From positions 14,402-78,401 of the forward strand of contig CAITLU010000031.1 in NCBI GenBank assembly GCA_903893315.1: 64,000 bases of DNA, written 5' to 3'. A model generated the notes under the pieces. The model saw only the letters and a program-made list of their open reading frames with translations, was not told where the DNA came from and ran no database searches. This stretch comes from an uncultured bacterium (GTDB lineage: Bacteria > Desulfobacterota > Binatia > UBA1149 > CAITLU01). Positions 35,298 through 45,379 of this stretch are shown piece by piece; the stretch's first letter is position 1; each line of letters begins with the position of its first letter. A program made the position numbers and the translations under genes.

Positions 35298-37382
35298 ATG
35301 AGCAGGATGACCATGAACACCGCTACTCGATCGCCGCGGACTGCGGCGCGATTCGCCTGTGACAGCATCGGCGTGTGCCGCGGCGCCGGCGCCGTGCGTT
35401 GCGCCACGGTCGTTTCGTCGATGGTGCTGGCGATATTGTTCGCCGCCGGCTGCGGCGAAGGACGTCGCGACGACGGACCGGCTCCGTCACGCAGGGTGGT
35501 GGTGCTGGGTTTCGACGGCGTCGATCCCAACCTCCTTGAGCAGTGGCGCGACAAGTTGCCGAACGTCTCCAAGTTTATGGACAGCGGCACCTTCCGCCGC
35601 CTGCAGAGCACCACGCCGCCGGCTTCGTGTACGGCATGGTCGTCGTTCACCACAGGCCTGAACCCCGGCGGCCACGGCATCTTCGACTTCATCCTGCGTG
35701 ATCCCAAGACCTATCTGCCCGACCGTACCGGCGCCGTCAGTCACGCGGCTGAGTACCGTTTCGGTCTGTTCCCGAAGACCCCTGAAACTTTCACCAGCAC
35801 GATGTCGGGCCAGGCTTTCTGGACCACCGCCGATCATGCAGGCAAACGCTCCGTGGTTCTGCGTGTACCGTGCATCTATCCTCTCGAGGAATTGCAGCAC
35901 GGCTATGAGCAGGGCGGTCTCGGACTTCCCGACATGCGCGGCAGCGAGGGCACCTTTCACTACTGGTCGAGCGATCTTTCTCCGCGCGATGCGGCCAACC
36001 CCGATCTCGGCGGCAAGGTATTGTCGCTTGCCAACGCCAAGGATGTCGAGACCGTCATCGAAGGGCCGGTCAATCCGCTGTCGCCGTCCCACGAGCGGCT
36101 TAGCATTCCTCTGAAACTGAAGGCCGCCGGCAAAGATGCGCTGACCATCGAGACGTCGGGCCGCACGGAGACGGTCGAAATGGGACGCTGGAGCGACTGG
36201 TTTCGTCTGGGGTTCAAGGTGACACCGCTGTCGACCCTTCACGGCATGGCACGTTTCAGGGTTCTGGAGGTGGAACCGAACCTGCGTCTTTACTTGTCTC
36301 CCATCAATCACGATCCCGCCGATCCGGCCATCGCGCTCACCGAACCGCCCTCGTACTCGAAGGAACTGCAACGCGCGGTCGGAGACTTCAAGACTGTCGG
36401 ATGGAACCACGAAACCTGGGGACTGAACGAAGAGCGTATCGACGAAGAAGCCTTCATGCAGGACATCTGGAACACGTTCCGCGAGACCGAAGCCATCACG
36501 ATGCACGAACTCGAGGACAAGAAGACCGAACTGCTGGTCTCGGTTTTCGTCGAGACCGACCGCACTTCGCACATGATGTACCGGCTGATGGACCCCGAGC
36601 ATCCGCGTTACGACGCGGCGCTGGCGGCCAAGTACGGCGACTCGATACAGAAGACCTATCAGCGCATGGACGAGATCATCGGCAAGGTCAGTGCGAAGCT
36701 TGGTCCCAAGGACGTGCTGCTGATTCTGAGCGACCACGGTTTCCACAGTTGGCGGCGCGGTTTCAACGTCAACTCGTGGCTCATCGAGCAAGGGTTCATG
36801 ACGCTCAAGGGCGGCGCGAAGTCGACGGAGCGCAAGTTCCTTCAGGATGTCGACTGGTCCAAGACCAAAGCCTACGCACTCGGCGTGGGCGGCATCTACA
36901 TCAACCAGCAGGGGCGTGAGGGCAAGGGGATAGTCAAGGCCGGCGATGAATCCGAACGCGTGGCCAAGGACATTGCCGCGCGGCTTCGCAAGGTCGTCGA
37001 TCCCAAGACCGGCAAGCCTGCGGTTGCCGAAGTATATCTCGCCAAGGAAACGTGGAAGGGCGCACGTCTGGCCGACGGCCAGGATCTCCAGATCGGCATG
37101 GTGCCGGGCTACCGTGTCTCGTCTGCGACGCCGCTCGGCGGCGCGCCCGAAGGTCTCTTCGAAGACAACAAGAAGAAGTGGAGCGGCGACCACGCCACGT
37201 CGCAGACCTCGGCGACCGAGGGGATCCTGCTGAGCAATCTTAAACTTGGCACGCAAGACGAAGCAGCGACTCCGTCGATCCTCGACATGGCGCCGACCAT
37301 TCTGACTCTGCTCGGGGTTGCGGTTCCGCCGGAGTACGACGGACATGCGCTCGCGTTCACCGCGGCGCCCGGAGGTGAGTAG
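35298..37382 (+). CDS. alkaline-phosphatase-superfamily lipoprotein, type I phosphodiesterase/nucleotide pyrophosphatase-like
   Basis: RBS GAGGAAGG before ATG 35298. Lipobox ILFAAGCG. Metal-site-like motifs VVVLGFDGVDPNLL (N-terminal Asp pair) and LILSDHGFHSW (DHG). 694 aa. Confidence 0.7.
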   Translation: MSRMTMNTATRSPRTAARFACDSIGVCRGAGAVRCATVVSSMVLAILFAAGCGEGRRDDGPAPSRRVVVLGFDGVDPNLLEQWRDKLPNVSKFMDSGTFRRLQSTTPPASCTAWSSFTTGLNPGGHGIFDFILRDPKTYLPDRTGAVSHAAEYRFGLFPKTPETFTSTMSGQAFWTTADHAGKRSVVLRVPCIYPLEELQHGYEQGGLGLPDMRGSEGTFHYWSSDLSPRDAANPDLGGKVLSLANAKDVETVIEGPVNPLSPSHERLSIPLKLKAAGKDALTIETSGRTETVEMGRWSDWFRLGFKVTPLSTLHGMARFRVLEVEPNLRLYLSPINHDPADPAIALTEPPSYSKELQRAVGDFKTVGWNHETWGLNEERIDEEAFMQDIWNTFRETEAITMHELEDKKTELLVSVFVETDRTSHMMYRLMDPEHPRYDAALAAKYGDSIQKTYQRMDEIIGKVSAKLGPKDVLLILSDHGFHSWRRGFNVNSWLIEQGFMTLKGGAKSTERKFLQDVDWSKTKAYALGVGGIYINQQGREGKGIVKAGDESERVAKDIAARLRKVVDPKTGKPAVAEVYLAKETWKGARLADGQDLQIGMVPGYRVSSATPLGGAPEGLFEDNKKKWSGDHATSQTSATEGILLSNLKLGTQDEAATPSILDMAPTILTLLGVAVPPEYDGHALAFTAAPGGE

Positions 37383-37383
37383 G

Positions 37384-39243
37384 ATGATGTCTGCGTTGCG
37401 TAAGATCGTCGCCGGTGTGCTGGGTGGTTTCGTCGGCGGAGCCCTGGTCGGACTCACTGAAGCGGTGGTGATTGCGGTGTGGGGCGGGGCCGAGGAATTC
37501 GGCGTGTTCCTGTTCGGCACCATTTCTTACGGCTTGATCGGTGCTGTGCTCGGGGGCGGAGCGGCGCTTGCCAGCGTCGTGCTTCCGTTTCTTGCCCGTG
37601 ACAGCGTCGCCGCAGCCGGATTTTCCGCCGGCAGCGTCGCCGCTTTACTGGCGCTGGCGGTAACGCGCTTCCGCGTCGTTCGCGACCTCTTCGCCGAGAA
37701 CCTGCCGGTCACTAGCCAGAGCGGCATTGAAGTGCATGGCGGGCTGCTGGTCGGCGCCGTTGTGGTGTTCGTCGTCGCGCGTCGATTGCTGGTGGCATTG
37801 GCTCGTGGTGGCGCCGGTGTGGTATCGTCGGCGGCGGCGGGAATCTTCCTGGTGCTGATCGGTGCCGCTGCGTCGACGGTGCTCAATGCGACGGCGGTTC
37901 CGGTTCCGGCGCCTTCAGCGCCGGCAACCGCCACGGGCCCCAACGCAATCCTGATCATCACAGATACGCTGCGCGCCGATCACGTTGGTGCGTACGGTTC
38001 GATCTCGACCAAGACTCCCGGCATGGATCGCCTGGCCAAGGACGGCGTCGTCTTCGAGAGGGCGTTTTCTCAGTCTTCGTGGACGCGGCCGTCGATCGCG
38101 ACGATCCTGACCTCGTTGTATCCGGCCTCGCACAAGGTCATGTACAAGACCGATCTGTTGCCCGACGGCGTGTCGACCGTCGCCGAAACGATGCGCGATG
38201 CCGGCTACAGGACGGTTGGCTACGTGACCAACATCAACGTCGCGCCTTCCTTCCACTTCGACCAGGGTTTCCAGGAGTACCACTACCTGGCACCCGAGTT
38301 TTTTTTCGGCGCCGGAGATTCGGCGTCCAAGCTCGCGCTCTACAGCGGCATGCGTCTGCTGCGTGAGCGTTTTCTTTCGAAGCAGAAGTTCGTTCAGAAC
38401 TACTATCAGGACGCCCAGACGGTCAACGGTGCGGCGCTCCCGTGGATAGACCGTAGTTCCAAGCAACCGTTCTTTACGCTGATCCACTACATGGATCCGC
38501 ACGATCCGTACTTTGAAATTCCGTACAACGGGGTCGCGGTGGCGCGAGTGGACACGCCCAATCCGGATCCTTCGCAGCGCGATCGACTGGAGAGACTCTA
38601 CGCCAGTAACGTCGAGTACATGGACCGCTTCATCGGCAATCTGGTCGAGGCGCTGAAGGCCGCGGGGGTCTACGACAACACCATGATCGTGCTGGTCGCG
38701 GATCACGGCGAAGAGTTCTACGAACACAAAGGGTGGTGGCACGGCACGACGCTGTATGACGAAGAAACGCACGTGCCTTTCCTGGTCAAGCTGCCTAAGA
38801 ACGCCAAGGCAGGAACGCGGGTCAAATCGACGGTGCAGCTTCTCGACGTAGCGCCGACCATCGTCGCGGCCTGCGGCGTTCCTACGCCCCAATGTTTCCA
38901 GGGACGCGACCTGTTCTCGGATGCGAAGGCGCCGGTCGCCTTCTACGCGCAGGAAGACCACGAGGGCAACGTGCTCGAGTCGGTGAGGTCTGATCGTTGG
39001 AAGATGATCCTGGCCAACGAAGGAAATCCGCGTGGGTTGGCGCCGCTCGAACTCTACGACATGCAGGCCGACCCCGGCGAGAGCAGGAACCTCGCGGGCG
39101 AACAGCCCGAAGTGGTCGCGCGTCTCAAGGACGACCTCGAACACCTGCGTACGTTTGCCAAGTCGGGAGCGGTGACGGGGCAGAGCGGCGCACTCGACAA
39201 CGCTTCCAAAGAGAGACTGCGGGCGCTCGGCTACGTGAACTGA
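37384..39243 (+). CDS. membrane-anchored sulfatase-like hydrolase/transferase (PF00884-type alkaline-phosphatase superfamily)
   Basis: GGAGG RBS 8 nt before ATG 37384. Five N-terminal TM helices, then the catalytic domain: NAILIITDTLRADHVGAYG, the nucleophile region FSQSSWTRPSIATILTSLYP, and MIVLVADHGEEF. C-terminus ...KERLRALGYVN. Confidence 0.75.
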   Translation: MMSALRKIVAGVLGGFVGGALVGLTEAVVIAVWGGAEEFGVFLFGTISYGLIGAVLGGGAALASVVLPFLARDSVAAAGFSAGSVAALLALAVTRFRVVRDLFAENLPVTSQSGIEVHGGLLVGAVVVFVVARRLLVALARGGAGVVSSAAAGIFLVLIGAAASTVLNATAVPVPAPSAPATATGPNAILIITDTLRADHVGAYGSISTKTPGMDRLAKDGVVFERAFSQSSWTRPSIATILTSLYPASHKVMYKTDLLPDGVSTVAETMRDAGYRTVGYVTNINVAPSFHFDQGFQEYHYLAPEFFFGAGDSASKLALYSGMRLLRERFLSKQKFVQNYYQDAQTVNGAALPWIDRSSKQPFFTLIHYMDPHDPYFEIPYNGVAVARVDTPNPDPSQRDRLERLYASNVEYMDRFIGNLVEALKAAGVYDNTMIVLVADHGEEFYEHKGWWHGTTLYDEETHVPFLVKLPKNAKAGTRVKSTVQLLDVAPTIVAACGVPTPQCFQGRDLFSDAKAPVAFYAQEDHEGNVLESVRSDRWKMILANEGNPRGLAPLELYDMQADPGESRNLAGEQPEVVARLKDDLEHLRTFAKSGAVTGQSGALDNASKERLRALGYVN

Positions 39244-39245
39244 CA

Positions 39246-41000
39246 ATGTTGCTCGTCGTCGCCTGGGACGGCGCCTGCTTCGAAGTGGTAGACGACTTCG
39301 TGGCAGCTGGCGACATGCCAGCGCTCGCGGCGTTGCTGGAGCGTGGGCGTGCCTGGCGCGTGCGTTCGACGGTTCCGCCGGTCACTTTCCCGGCCTGGAC
39401 TTCTTTCATGACGGGAACCGGCCCCGCCCGGCACGGCATCACGGATTTCGCCGTGCGCGACCCGGGCGCCTATCGGGTTCGCTTCGTGAACTCGACTTAC
39501 CGCCGTCAGCCGACGATCTGGTCACTGCTGGCTGCGGCCGGCAAACGGGTCGGTGTCTACGCGATGCCGGCCACCTATCCGGCCGAGAAGAGTTGCGCGC
39601 TGCAAGTATGTGGCTTCGATACGCCGCTCGGGGCCAGCGGCGCGGAAGGATTCTGTCATCCGCGCACTTTGGGCGACCAACTCATGAAGCGCTACGGGTC
39701 ACTGGCGATAGAGGGCGTGCCTCAGGGCCGCATCGAGGAAGGCTGGCACAGACAGGCTGCCTCGCGGTTGCTTGCCACGATCGCGCTGCGCACGACCATC
39801 GTCTGCGATCTTTTGAGCGAGCAGAGTTTTGACGTGTTCGCGGTGCATTACATGGAGTCCGATACCGTCGCGCACCACTTCTGGCAGTTCGACGATGACG
39901 CTTCGCCGCGCACGCGGCAGGGGCCGCGCAGTACGATTCGCGAGGTCTACCGGGCACTGGACCGCGCTCTGGCGCGCCTGGTGGCGGTGGCCGGTGACGA
40001 TGCGGACGTGGTGTTGGTTTCCGATCACGGCAGCGGCGGATGTTCTGATCGTGCGATCTTCTGGAACCGCTGGCTGGCCGACGGCGGCTGGTTGCGTTTC
40101 ACTTCCGGCGGCGGTGGTGCGGGAGCGAGGGCTCTTCGCCGCGCTGCTCTGAAGTTGGTGCCGGCGCCGCTGCAGGCGCGCCTGTTCGGCCGCTTCGCGG
40201 GTGCGGCTTCGCGTCTGGAGTCGAGAGCCCGTTTCGCCGGCATCGATTGGGTGAACACCAGCGCGTTCAGCGACGAATTGCCTTACTACCCGTCGCTGTG
40301 GCTCAACCTAAAAGGACGCGAGCCGGGCGGCATCATCGAGCGCGGCGATGTCGATTCGGTGCTGCGCGACCTCGCGGCCGCCGCGATGGAATTCAGGGAT
40401 CCCTTCGACGGTGGTCGGGTGGTGAGCGCGGTGCGGCGGCGTGAGGAACTCTTTGACGGTCCGTTCGCGGCGCTGGCCCCGGATCTGATCTTCGAACTGA
40501 GGCAACCGGACGGTTATTCGTACTGTGCAGGCTCCAGTCTCGGCGGCGCCGAGGCGAGCGCAATGCGGCGCCTGTCCGCTTACGAAATGCGCGGCGCCAA
40601 GGGCGGCAGCACGAGCGGTTCGCATCGTGATTTCGGTCTGATGGTGGTTGCCGGCACTAGGGTCGGTTCGAGCGATGCGGTGACAGCGGAGCCGCTGCGG
40701 GCCTGCTGCACGATGGCCGATGCCGGCGTCACTGCGCTGGCTCTGGGCGGAGTGGCAGCAACGCCCGCAATGGAAGGGTGTTCGGTCGTCGATTGTGAAG
40801 TTCGAAGCGCTTTGGCCGCTGGTGGCCAGACATTCGTGTCGGAGAGCGGCGATGAAGTGAGCGCGATGCCGGAGCCGTCCGATCCGACTCTTGCGCGAGC
40901 GGAGCAGAGCATCGACTATTACGGCTCGCCCCACGCCTACGACGCCGCTGAGGAAGCCGAAGTGATCGAGCGTCTTCGATCGCTCGGGTACTTGCCGTGA
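39246..41000 (+). CDS. alkaline-phosphatase-superfamily protein, type I phosphodiesterase/nucleotide pyrophosphatase-like (cytoplasmic/peripheral)
   Basis: Start MLLVVAWDGACFEV at ATG 39246, 2 nt after the upstream stop. Motifs VVLVSDHGSGG and FPAWTSFMTGTGPARHGI. C-terminus ...IERLRSLGYLP. Confidence 0.7.
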   Translation: MLLVVAWDGACFEVVDDFVAAGDMPALAALLERGRAWRVRSTVPPVTFPAWTSFMTGTGPARHGITDFAVRDPGAYRVRFVNSTYRRQPTIWSLLAAAGKRVGVYAMPATYPAEKSCALQVCGFDTPLGASGAEGFCHPRTLGDQLMKRYGSLAIEGVPQGRIEEGWHRQAASRLLATIALRTTIVCDLLSEQSFDVFAVHYMESDTVAHHFWQFDDDASPRTRQGPRSTIREVYRALDRALARLVAVAGDDADVVLVSDHGSGGCSDRAIFWNRWLADGGWLRFTSGGGGAGARALRRAALKLVPAPLQARLFGRFAGAASRLESRARFAGIDWVNTSAFSDELPYYPSLWLNLKGREPGGIIERGDVDSVLRDLAAAAMEFRDPFDGGRVVSAVRRREELFDGPFAALAPDLIFELRQPDGYSYCAGSSLGGAEASAMRRLSAYEMRGAKGGSTSGSHRDFGLMVVAGTRVGSSDAVTAEPLRACCTMADAGVTALALGGVAATPAMEGCSVVDCEVRSALAAGGQTFVSESGDEVSAMPEPSDPTLARAEQSIDYYGSPHAYDAAEEAEVIERLRSLGYLP

Positions 41001-42259
41001 CGCGCGCTTTTCGCATTGCGTTGGTGGCGGCGTGCCCGTTTCCGTCAGCTCAGGGATCGCAGGTATTCGTCGGGCAGATGGCCGAACGTCTGGCCGCCGC
41101 GGGCCATCACGTCCACCTTCTCACCTACGGTCAGGGGCACGATGTTTACGGCAAGGGCTATCGCCATCATCGCACTCGGCGGCTTCCGGGCGACGACGTC
41201 GAACGGTCAGGACCGACGGTGCTGAAACCGGTTCTCGACCTGTTGCTGGTGCGCGAGTTGGTGGGCCTTTGCCGTCGCGAGCGCATCGAGATCGTGCACG
41301 CCCACAACTACGAGGCCGCGGCGGCCGCGATCGCGGCGCGCGCTGTGACCGGAGTGCCGGTGGTTTATCACAGCCACAATCTCATGGGCGACGAACTCGA
41401 GACCTACTTTGAGGGACGCCTCGCCAGACGGCTGGCCGGACTGGCGGGCGCGGCGCTTGATCGCACTGTTCCGCGCCGCGCCGATCGCATCATCGCGCTT
41501 TGCAGTTACAGCGCCGGGCACCTTCTGCGCGCCGGGTGTGAGCCCGAGCATCTGCGCGTTATTCCGCCCGCGGTCGACGACGATGGGCCGGCGCTCGCCG
41601 ATGTCTGCGCGCGCCGGTCGCTCGCCCTGGAGCCGGACGATTTCGTGGTCGGTTACTGTGGAAACCTCGACGCCTACCAGAACCTGGAACTTCTGGTGGA
41701 GGCCTTCGTGATCGCAGCGGGTGGCCAGGTGACATCGACGCCGTCGCCGAGGCTTCGACTCCTGCTGGCATCGCACCGGCTGACCGCTGCCTTCAATGCG
41801 CGACTGGCTGCGATGGCAGGGGCGCTGCCTTTGGGACTGGTCAGGATTGTCGAGGTGAACGGTCATGCCGAGGCGCGGGGCGTAATCGCGGCCAGCGACC
41901 TGCTGGCGCTACCGCGAAGAATGGGTTCCGGCTATCCTGTCAAACTTCTGAATTCGATGAGCGCGGCCAAAGCGATAGTGACGGCCGGCTGCGGTTCGAA
42001 GGTACTGAGTGACGGAATTGATGGGATCGTCGTGCGTGACGACGATCCCGGGGCGATGGCGGCGGCCATGACGTCCTGCGCGGCGAGGTTAGACAGGGGC
42101 AGGAGTCTCGGTGCGGCTGCTCGGCAGAGGTTTCTGGAGACGGCGACCTGGGAAGTCGTCCTGCCGCAGATCGAGGAAGTGTATCGCGGTCTTGCAGGAT
42201 TCGAGCGGCTCTCGGCAAACGGCAGGGCCCGTGGGCAGGTCAGGCCGCGCACTTCGTGA
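40997..42259 (+). CDS. GT4 glycosyltransferase
   Basis: GTGA coupling at 40997. GT-B layout with RRMGSGYPVKLLNSMSAAKAIVTAGCGSKVLSDGIDGIVV C-terminal core. Confidence 0.7.
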   Translation: MTRAFRIALVAACPFPSAQGSQVFVGQMAERLAAAGHHVHLLTYGQGHDVYGKGYRHHRTRRLPGDDVERSGPTVLKPVLDLLLVRELVGLCRRERIEIVHAHNYEAAAAAIAARAVTGVPVVYHSHNLMGDELETYFEGRLARRLAGLAGAALDRTVPRRADRIIALCSYSAGHLLRAGCEPEHLRVIPPAVDDDGPALADVCARRSLALEPDDFVVGYCGNLDAYQNLELLVEAFVIAAGGQVTSTPSPRLRLLLASHRLTAAFNARLAAMAGALPLGLVRIVEVNGHAEARGVIAASDLLALPRRMGSGYPVKLLNSMSAAKAIVTAGCGSKVLSDGIDGIVVRDDDPGAMAAAMTSCAARLDRGRSLGAAARQRFLETATWEVVLPQIEEVYRGLAGFERLSANGRARGQVRPRTS

Positions 42260-42333
42260 ACTGCAGGGCAACGCATGAAGAGTCGGGTGTCAGAGGAGCG
42301 TGAAACGATAATGCAGCAGCCGGGAGAACGCAG

Positions 42334-43311
42334 GTGAGCGAGGCGGGTGTGCGGCCGCGGGTGTCCGTCGTGATCCCGATTTTCAACGAAGAGGAGACGT
42401 TGGAGACGTTGTACCGACGTCTTCACGATGTTCTCGAAGGGATCGGCGAGCCCTACGAGGTGATCTTCATCAACGACGGCAGCCGTGACGGATCGGAGCG
42501 TCTCCTTCGGGAGTTTCACCGCCGCACTCCGGCGTTCAAGGTGGTGAATTTTTCGCGCAATTTCGGCCACCAGGTTGCGGTGACCTGCGGACTCGACCAT
42601 GCGAGCGGTGACGCCATCATTGCGATGGACGGCGATCTGCAGGATCCCCCCGAGGTGCTTCCCGGCCTTCTTGCGCGTTGGCGCGAGGGCTACGAAGTCG
42701 TCTATGCGGTGCGACAGGCACGCAAGGAAAACGTATTCAAGCGCGCCGCCTACAAGGCTTTCTACTGGATCCTGCACCGGGTCTCGTATCTCGACATCCC
42801 TTTGGACTCGGGCGATTTCTCGCTCATCGACCGGCGCGTCGTCGAGGTGCTGCGTGCGATGCCGGAGCGCAACCGCTTCGTGCGCGGTCTTCGTACGTGG
42901 GCGGGTTTTCGCCAGATCGGCTACGAGTACGCTCGCGAGGCCCGCTTCGCCGGCGAGTCCAAATACAGTCTAGGCAAACTCTTGAAGCTCGCTTTCGACG
43001 GGCTGGTTTCCTACTCATATGTGCCGCTGCGGCTGGTCAGCAACGTCGGAATGCTCGTCTCGGTCAGCGCTCTGATCTACATGGGTTACCTCCTGATGGC
43101 GCGCCTGTTCGGTAATGTCGAGATCCGCGGCTGGACGTCGACAGTGGTGATCCAGCTCTTTCTCGGAGGGGTGCAACTGCTGTCACTCGGCGTCATAGGC
43201 GAGTACATCGGGCGTATCTTCGAAGAAGTGAAGCAGCGACCTCATTATGTCGTGCGCGATCGCGTCGGCTTCGTCGTGGACGACGCCGTGGGTCGCGGCG
43301 AATCGCGCTGA
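42334..43311 (+). CDS. GT2 polyprenyl-phosphate sugar synthase (ArnC/GtrB/DPM1-like) with C-terminal TM helices
   Basis: VSVVIPIFNEEETL, IFINDGSRDGS, IAMDGDLQDPPE (DXD). Two C-terminal TM helices, typical of lipid-carrier-sugar synthases. Confidence 0.85.
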   Translation: MSEAGVRPRVSVVIPIFNEEETLETLYRRLHDVLEGIGEPYEVIFINDGSRDGSERLLREFHRRTPAFKVVNFSRNFGHQVAVTCGLDHASGDAIIAMDGDLQDPPEVLPGLLARWREGYEVVYAVRQARKENVFKRAAYKAFYWILHRVSYLDIPLDSGDFSLIDRRVVEVLRAMPERNRFVRGLRTWAGFRQIGYEYAREARFAGESKYSLGKLLKLAFDGLVSYSYVPLRLVSNVGMLVSVSALIYMGYLLMARLFGNVEIRGWTSTVVIQLFLGGVQLLSLGVIGEYIGRIFEEVKQRPHYVVRDRVGFVVDDAVGRGESR

Positions 43312-43331
43312 CGGGCAAGAGAATCGAAGCG

Positions 43332-45374
43332 ATGAAACGCCGTATTCTCGATCTGGCCGTCGCGGCCGTAATTCTCGGTGTGGTGCAGGCGCTGGCCGAA
43401 ACTGCGGTGGCGGCAGTTTTCTATCGCGACTTCCTAGTGGCTCCTTACCGGTTTTTCACGGTGCAGAGCTATGACGCTTTCACCAAGCTGTGGTTCCTGA
43501 TGGGCGACGCGGCACCGTTGCCGTCGCTGCTTTCTCACTTTCTCGGTCAAGGCGCGGTGGCCAAGATCGCGCTCGCGCCGCAGTTGGTCGCGATCAACAT
43601 TGCCGTGGCGGTCGGCCTTGCGCTGCTGCTTGCTCCGGTCGCCGGAATGCTCGGAGTCGGTAATTCTCCCGGCTGTGATGTGCGAGCGCAGGGAGACGTT
43701 CGCAGTCTGGTTCGTGCGCTGAGCGTGATCGGCGTTCTTGCCGTGGCCGTTCACGCGGTGGTTTTCGTGGTTTCGTTCCAGGCGCCGGAAGATGTCGGTA
43801 CGGTCAAAGTGGCCAAGGCCTTGCTGCGAAGCGCGATGCAGGACGGCGCCTTGAGCGCGCTGGCTGTACTTGCGTTTTCGCTGGCGCTCTCGCGTCTGGT
43901 GCTGGCCAGACAGGGGTTTCGCGGCGCGGTGCTCGCGGCCGCGGTGGTGGTCGGTTCCTGGCCGCTGCTGGCGGGGCTCCTTGCGTCGGCCGGTGCGCTG
44001 GCAGCTACGGGTCGGCCGACGGCAACTGGCGCGGTATCGACGTCGGTGCCCGGCGCGCCCGCCAAGGGTTACAACGTCGTGGTCGTTTCCATCGACAGCC
44101 TGCGTGCCGATCACGTCGGCGCCTACGGTTACGGGCGTGCCACTTCGCCGACCATCGACGCGTTGGCCGCTCAGGGCGTGCGCTTCGGGAACTGCCAGAG
44201 CACCACGTCGTGGACCTTGCCTGCGCACATGTCGCTGCTGACCGGCCGTTCTCTGCTCGGTCACGGAGTGGTGGCGGACGACCGCCGTCTGAGCGACAGC
44301 GTGCCGACCCTGGCGGAGGCTTTCGCGGGCGCTGGTTATGCCACGCACGCGATCGTGTCGGCGCCTTATCTCAACTCCCGCTACGGCTTCGCTCGCGGCT
44401 TCGACGACTACGACGACAAGACCGTTTATTTCGAGACCAACGAAGATTCCTACCACAGTGTCACGGCTCCGAAGGTGCAGGCGGCCGCTTCGACCTGGCT
44501 CGAAGCTCACCGCCAGGCGCCGTTTTTTCTCTTCCTGCACTATTGGGACGTGCACTACGATTACGCACCCGGCCCGGGCTACGACACGATGTTCGACCCG
44601 GACTACAAAGGCACGGTCACTGGCGACAACTACTACTTCGACCAGAAGATTCGCGCCGGGATGAACGCGCGTGACCTCGAGCACCTGGTCGCGCTCTACG
44701 ACGGCGAGATCCGGCTCGTCGATGATCATCTCGCCATGCTGCGCGCCGAACTCGAGAAGATAGGCGTTGCCGACCGCACCATCATCGTAGTGGTCGGTGA
44801 TCACGGCGACGAGTTTTTCGAGCACGGCAACAAGGGGCACCACCGTACTCTCTACCAGGAAGTGCTGTGGGTACCGCTGGTCGTGCAGGTGCCGGGACTG
44901 AGGCCGATATCTTCAGTAGTGGACGAAGAGACCAGCATCATCGACGTTGCCCCGACAGTGCTGTCGCTGACCGGTATCGGAATTCCAAGCGGCGTCGAAG
45001 GCCGTGATCAGTCCGTCGCCTTCGTCGGTCCGCTCGCGCGCGAGGGGAGTGACGAAGGACGTAGCGTTTTCGCGGAGCTCTACCGCAAGGGAACCCTGAA
45101 CATCCAGGTCGCCGAGATCGAAGGCCGGCGCAAGGTGATCCAGCATTTCAACACGCGGCAACTTTCGGTGTTCGATCTGGCCGCCGATCCAGGAGAACGC
45201 AGCAGCCTTGCTGCACGCGGTGCGGTGGCTGAGCCGATGGTGGCCTCGCTGCGTGATTGGCTGGAGGGGCGCTGGAGCATGTTCGACCGCCGCGTTCGTA
45301 GCGAAGGCGTCAGGGCGGTAGTGCTCGACGCGAAGACCGCGGAGACTCTCAGGTCTCTGGGCTACCTGCAGTAA
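43332..45374 (+). CDS. membrane-anchored sulfatase-like hydrolase/transferase (paralog of 37384..39243)
   Basis: About six N-terminal TM helices, then NVVVVSIDSLRADHVGAYG, CQSTTSWTLPAHMSLLTGR and IIVVVGDHGDEFFEHG. C-terminus ...AETLRSLGYLQ. Confidence 0.75.
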   Translation: MKRRILDLAVAAVILGVVQALAETAVAAVFYRDFLVAPYRFFTVQSYDAFTKLWFLMGDAAPLPSLLSHFLGQGAVAKIALAPQLVAINIAVAVGLALLLAPVAGMLGVGNSPGCDVRAQGDVRSLVRALSVIGVLAVAVHAVVFVVSFQAPEDVGTVKVAKALLRSAMQDGALSALAVLAFSLALSRLVLARQGFRGAVLAAAVVVGSWPLLAGLLASAGALAATGRPTATGAVSTSVPGAPAKGYNVVVVSIDSLRADHVGAYGYGRATSPTIDALAAQGVRFGNCQSTTSWTLPAHMSLLTGRSLLGHGVVADDRRLSDSVPTLAEAFAGAGYATHAIVSAPYLNSRYGFARGFDDYDDKTVYFETNEDSYHSVTAPKVQAAASTWLEAHRQAPFFLFLHYWDVHYDYAPGPGYDTMFDPDYKGTVTGDNYYFDQKIRAGMNARDLEHLVALYDGEIRLVDDHLAMLRAELEKIGVADRTIIVVVGDHGDEFFEHGNKGHHRTLYQEVLWVPLVVQVPGLRPISSVVDEETSIIDVAPTVLSLTGIGIPSGVEGRDQSVAFVGPLAREGSDEGRSVFAELYRKGTLNIQVAEIEGRRKVIQHFNTRQLSVFDLAADPGERSSLAARGAVAEPMVASLRDWLEGRWSMFDRRVRSEGVRAVVLDAKTAETLRSLGYLQ

Positions 45375-45379
45375 CCATC

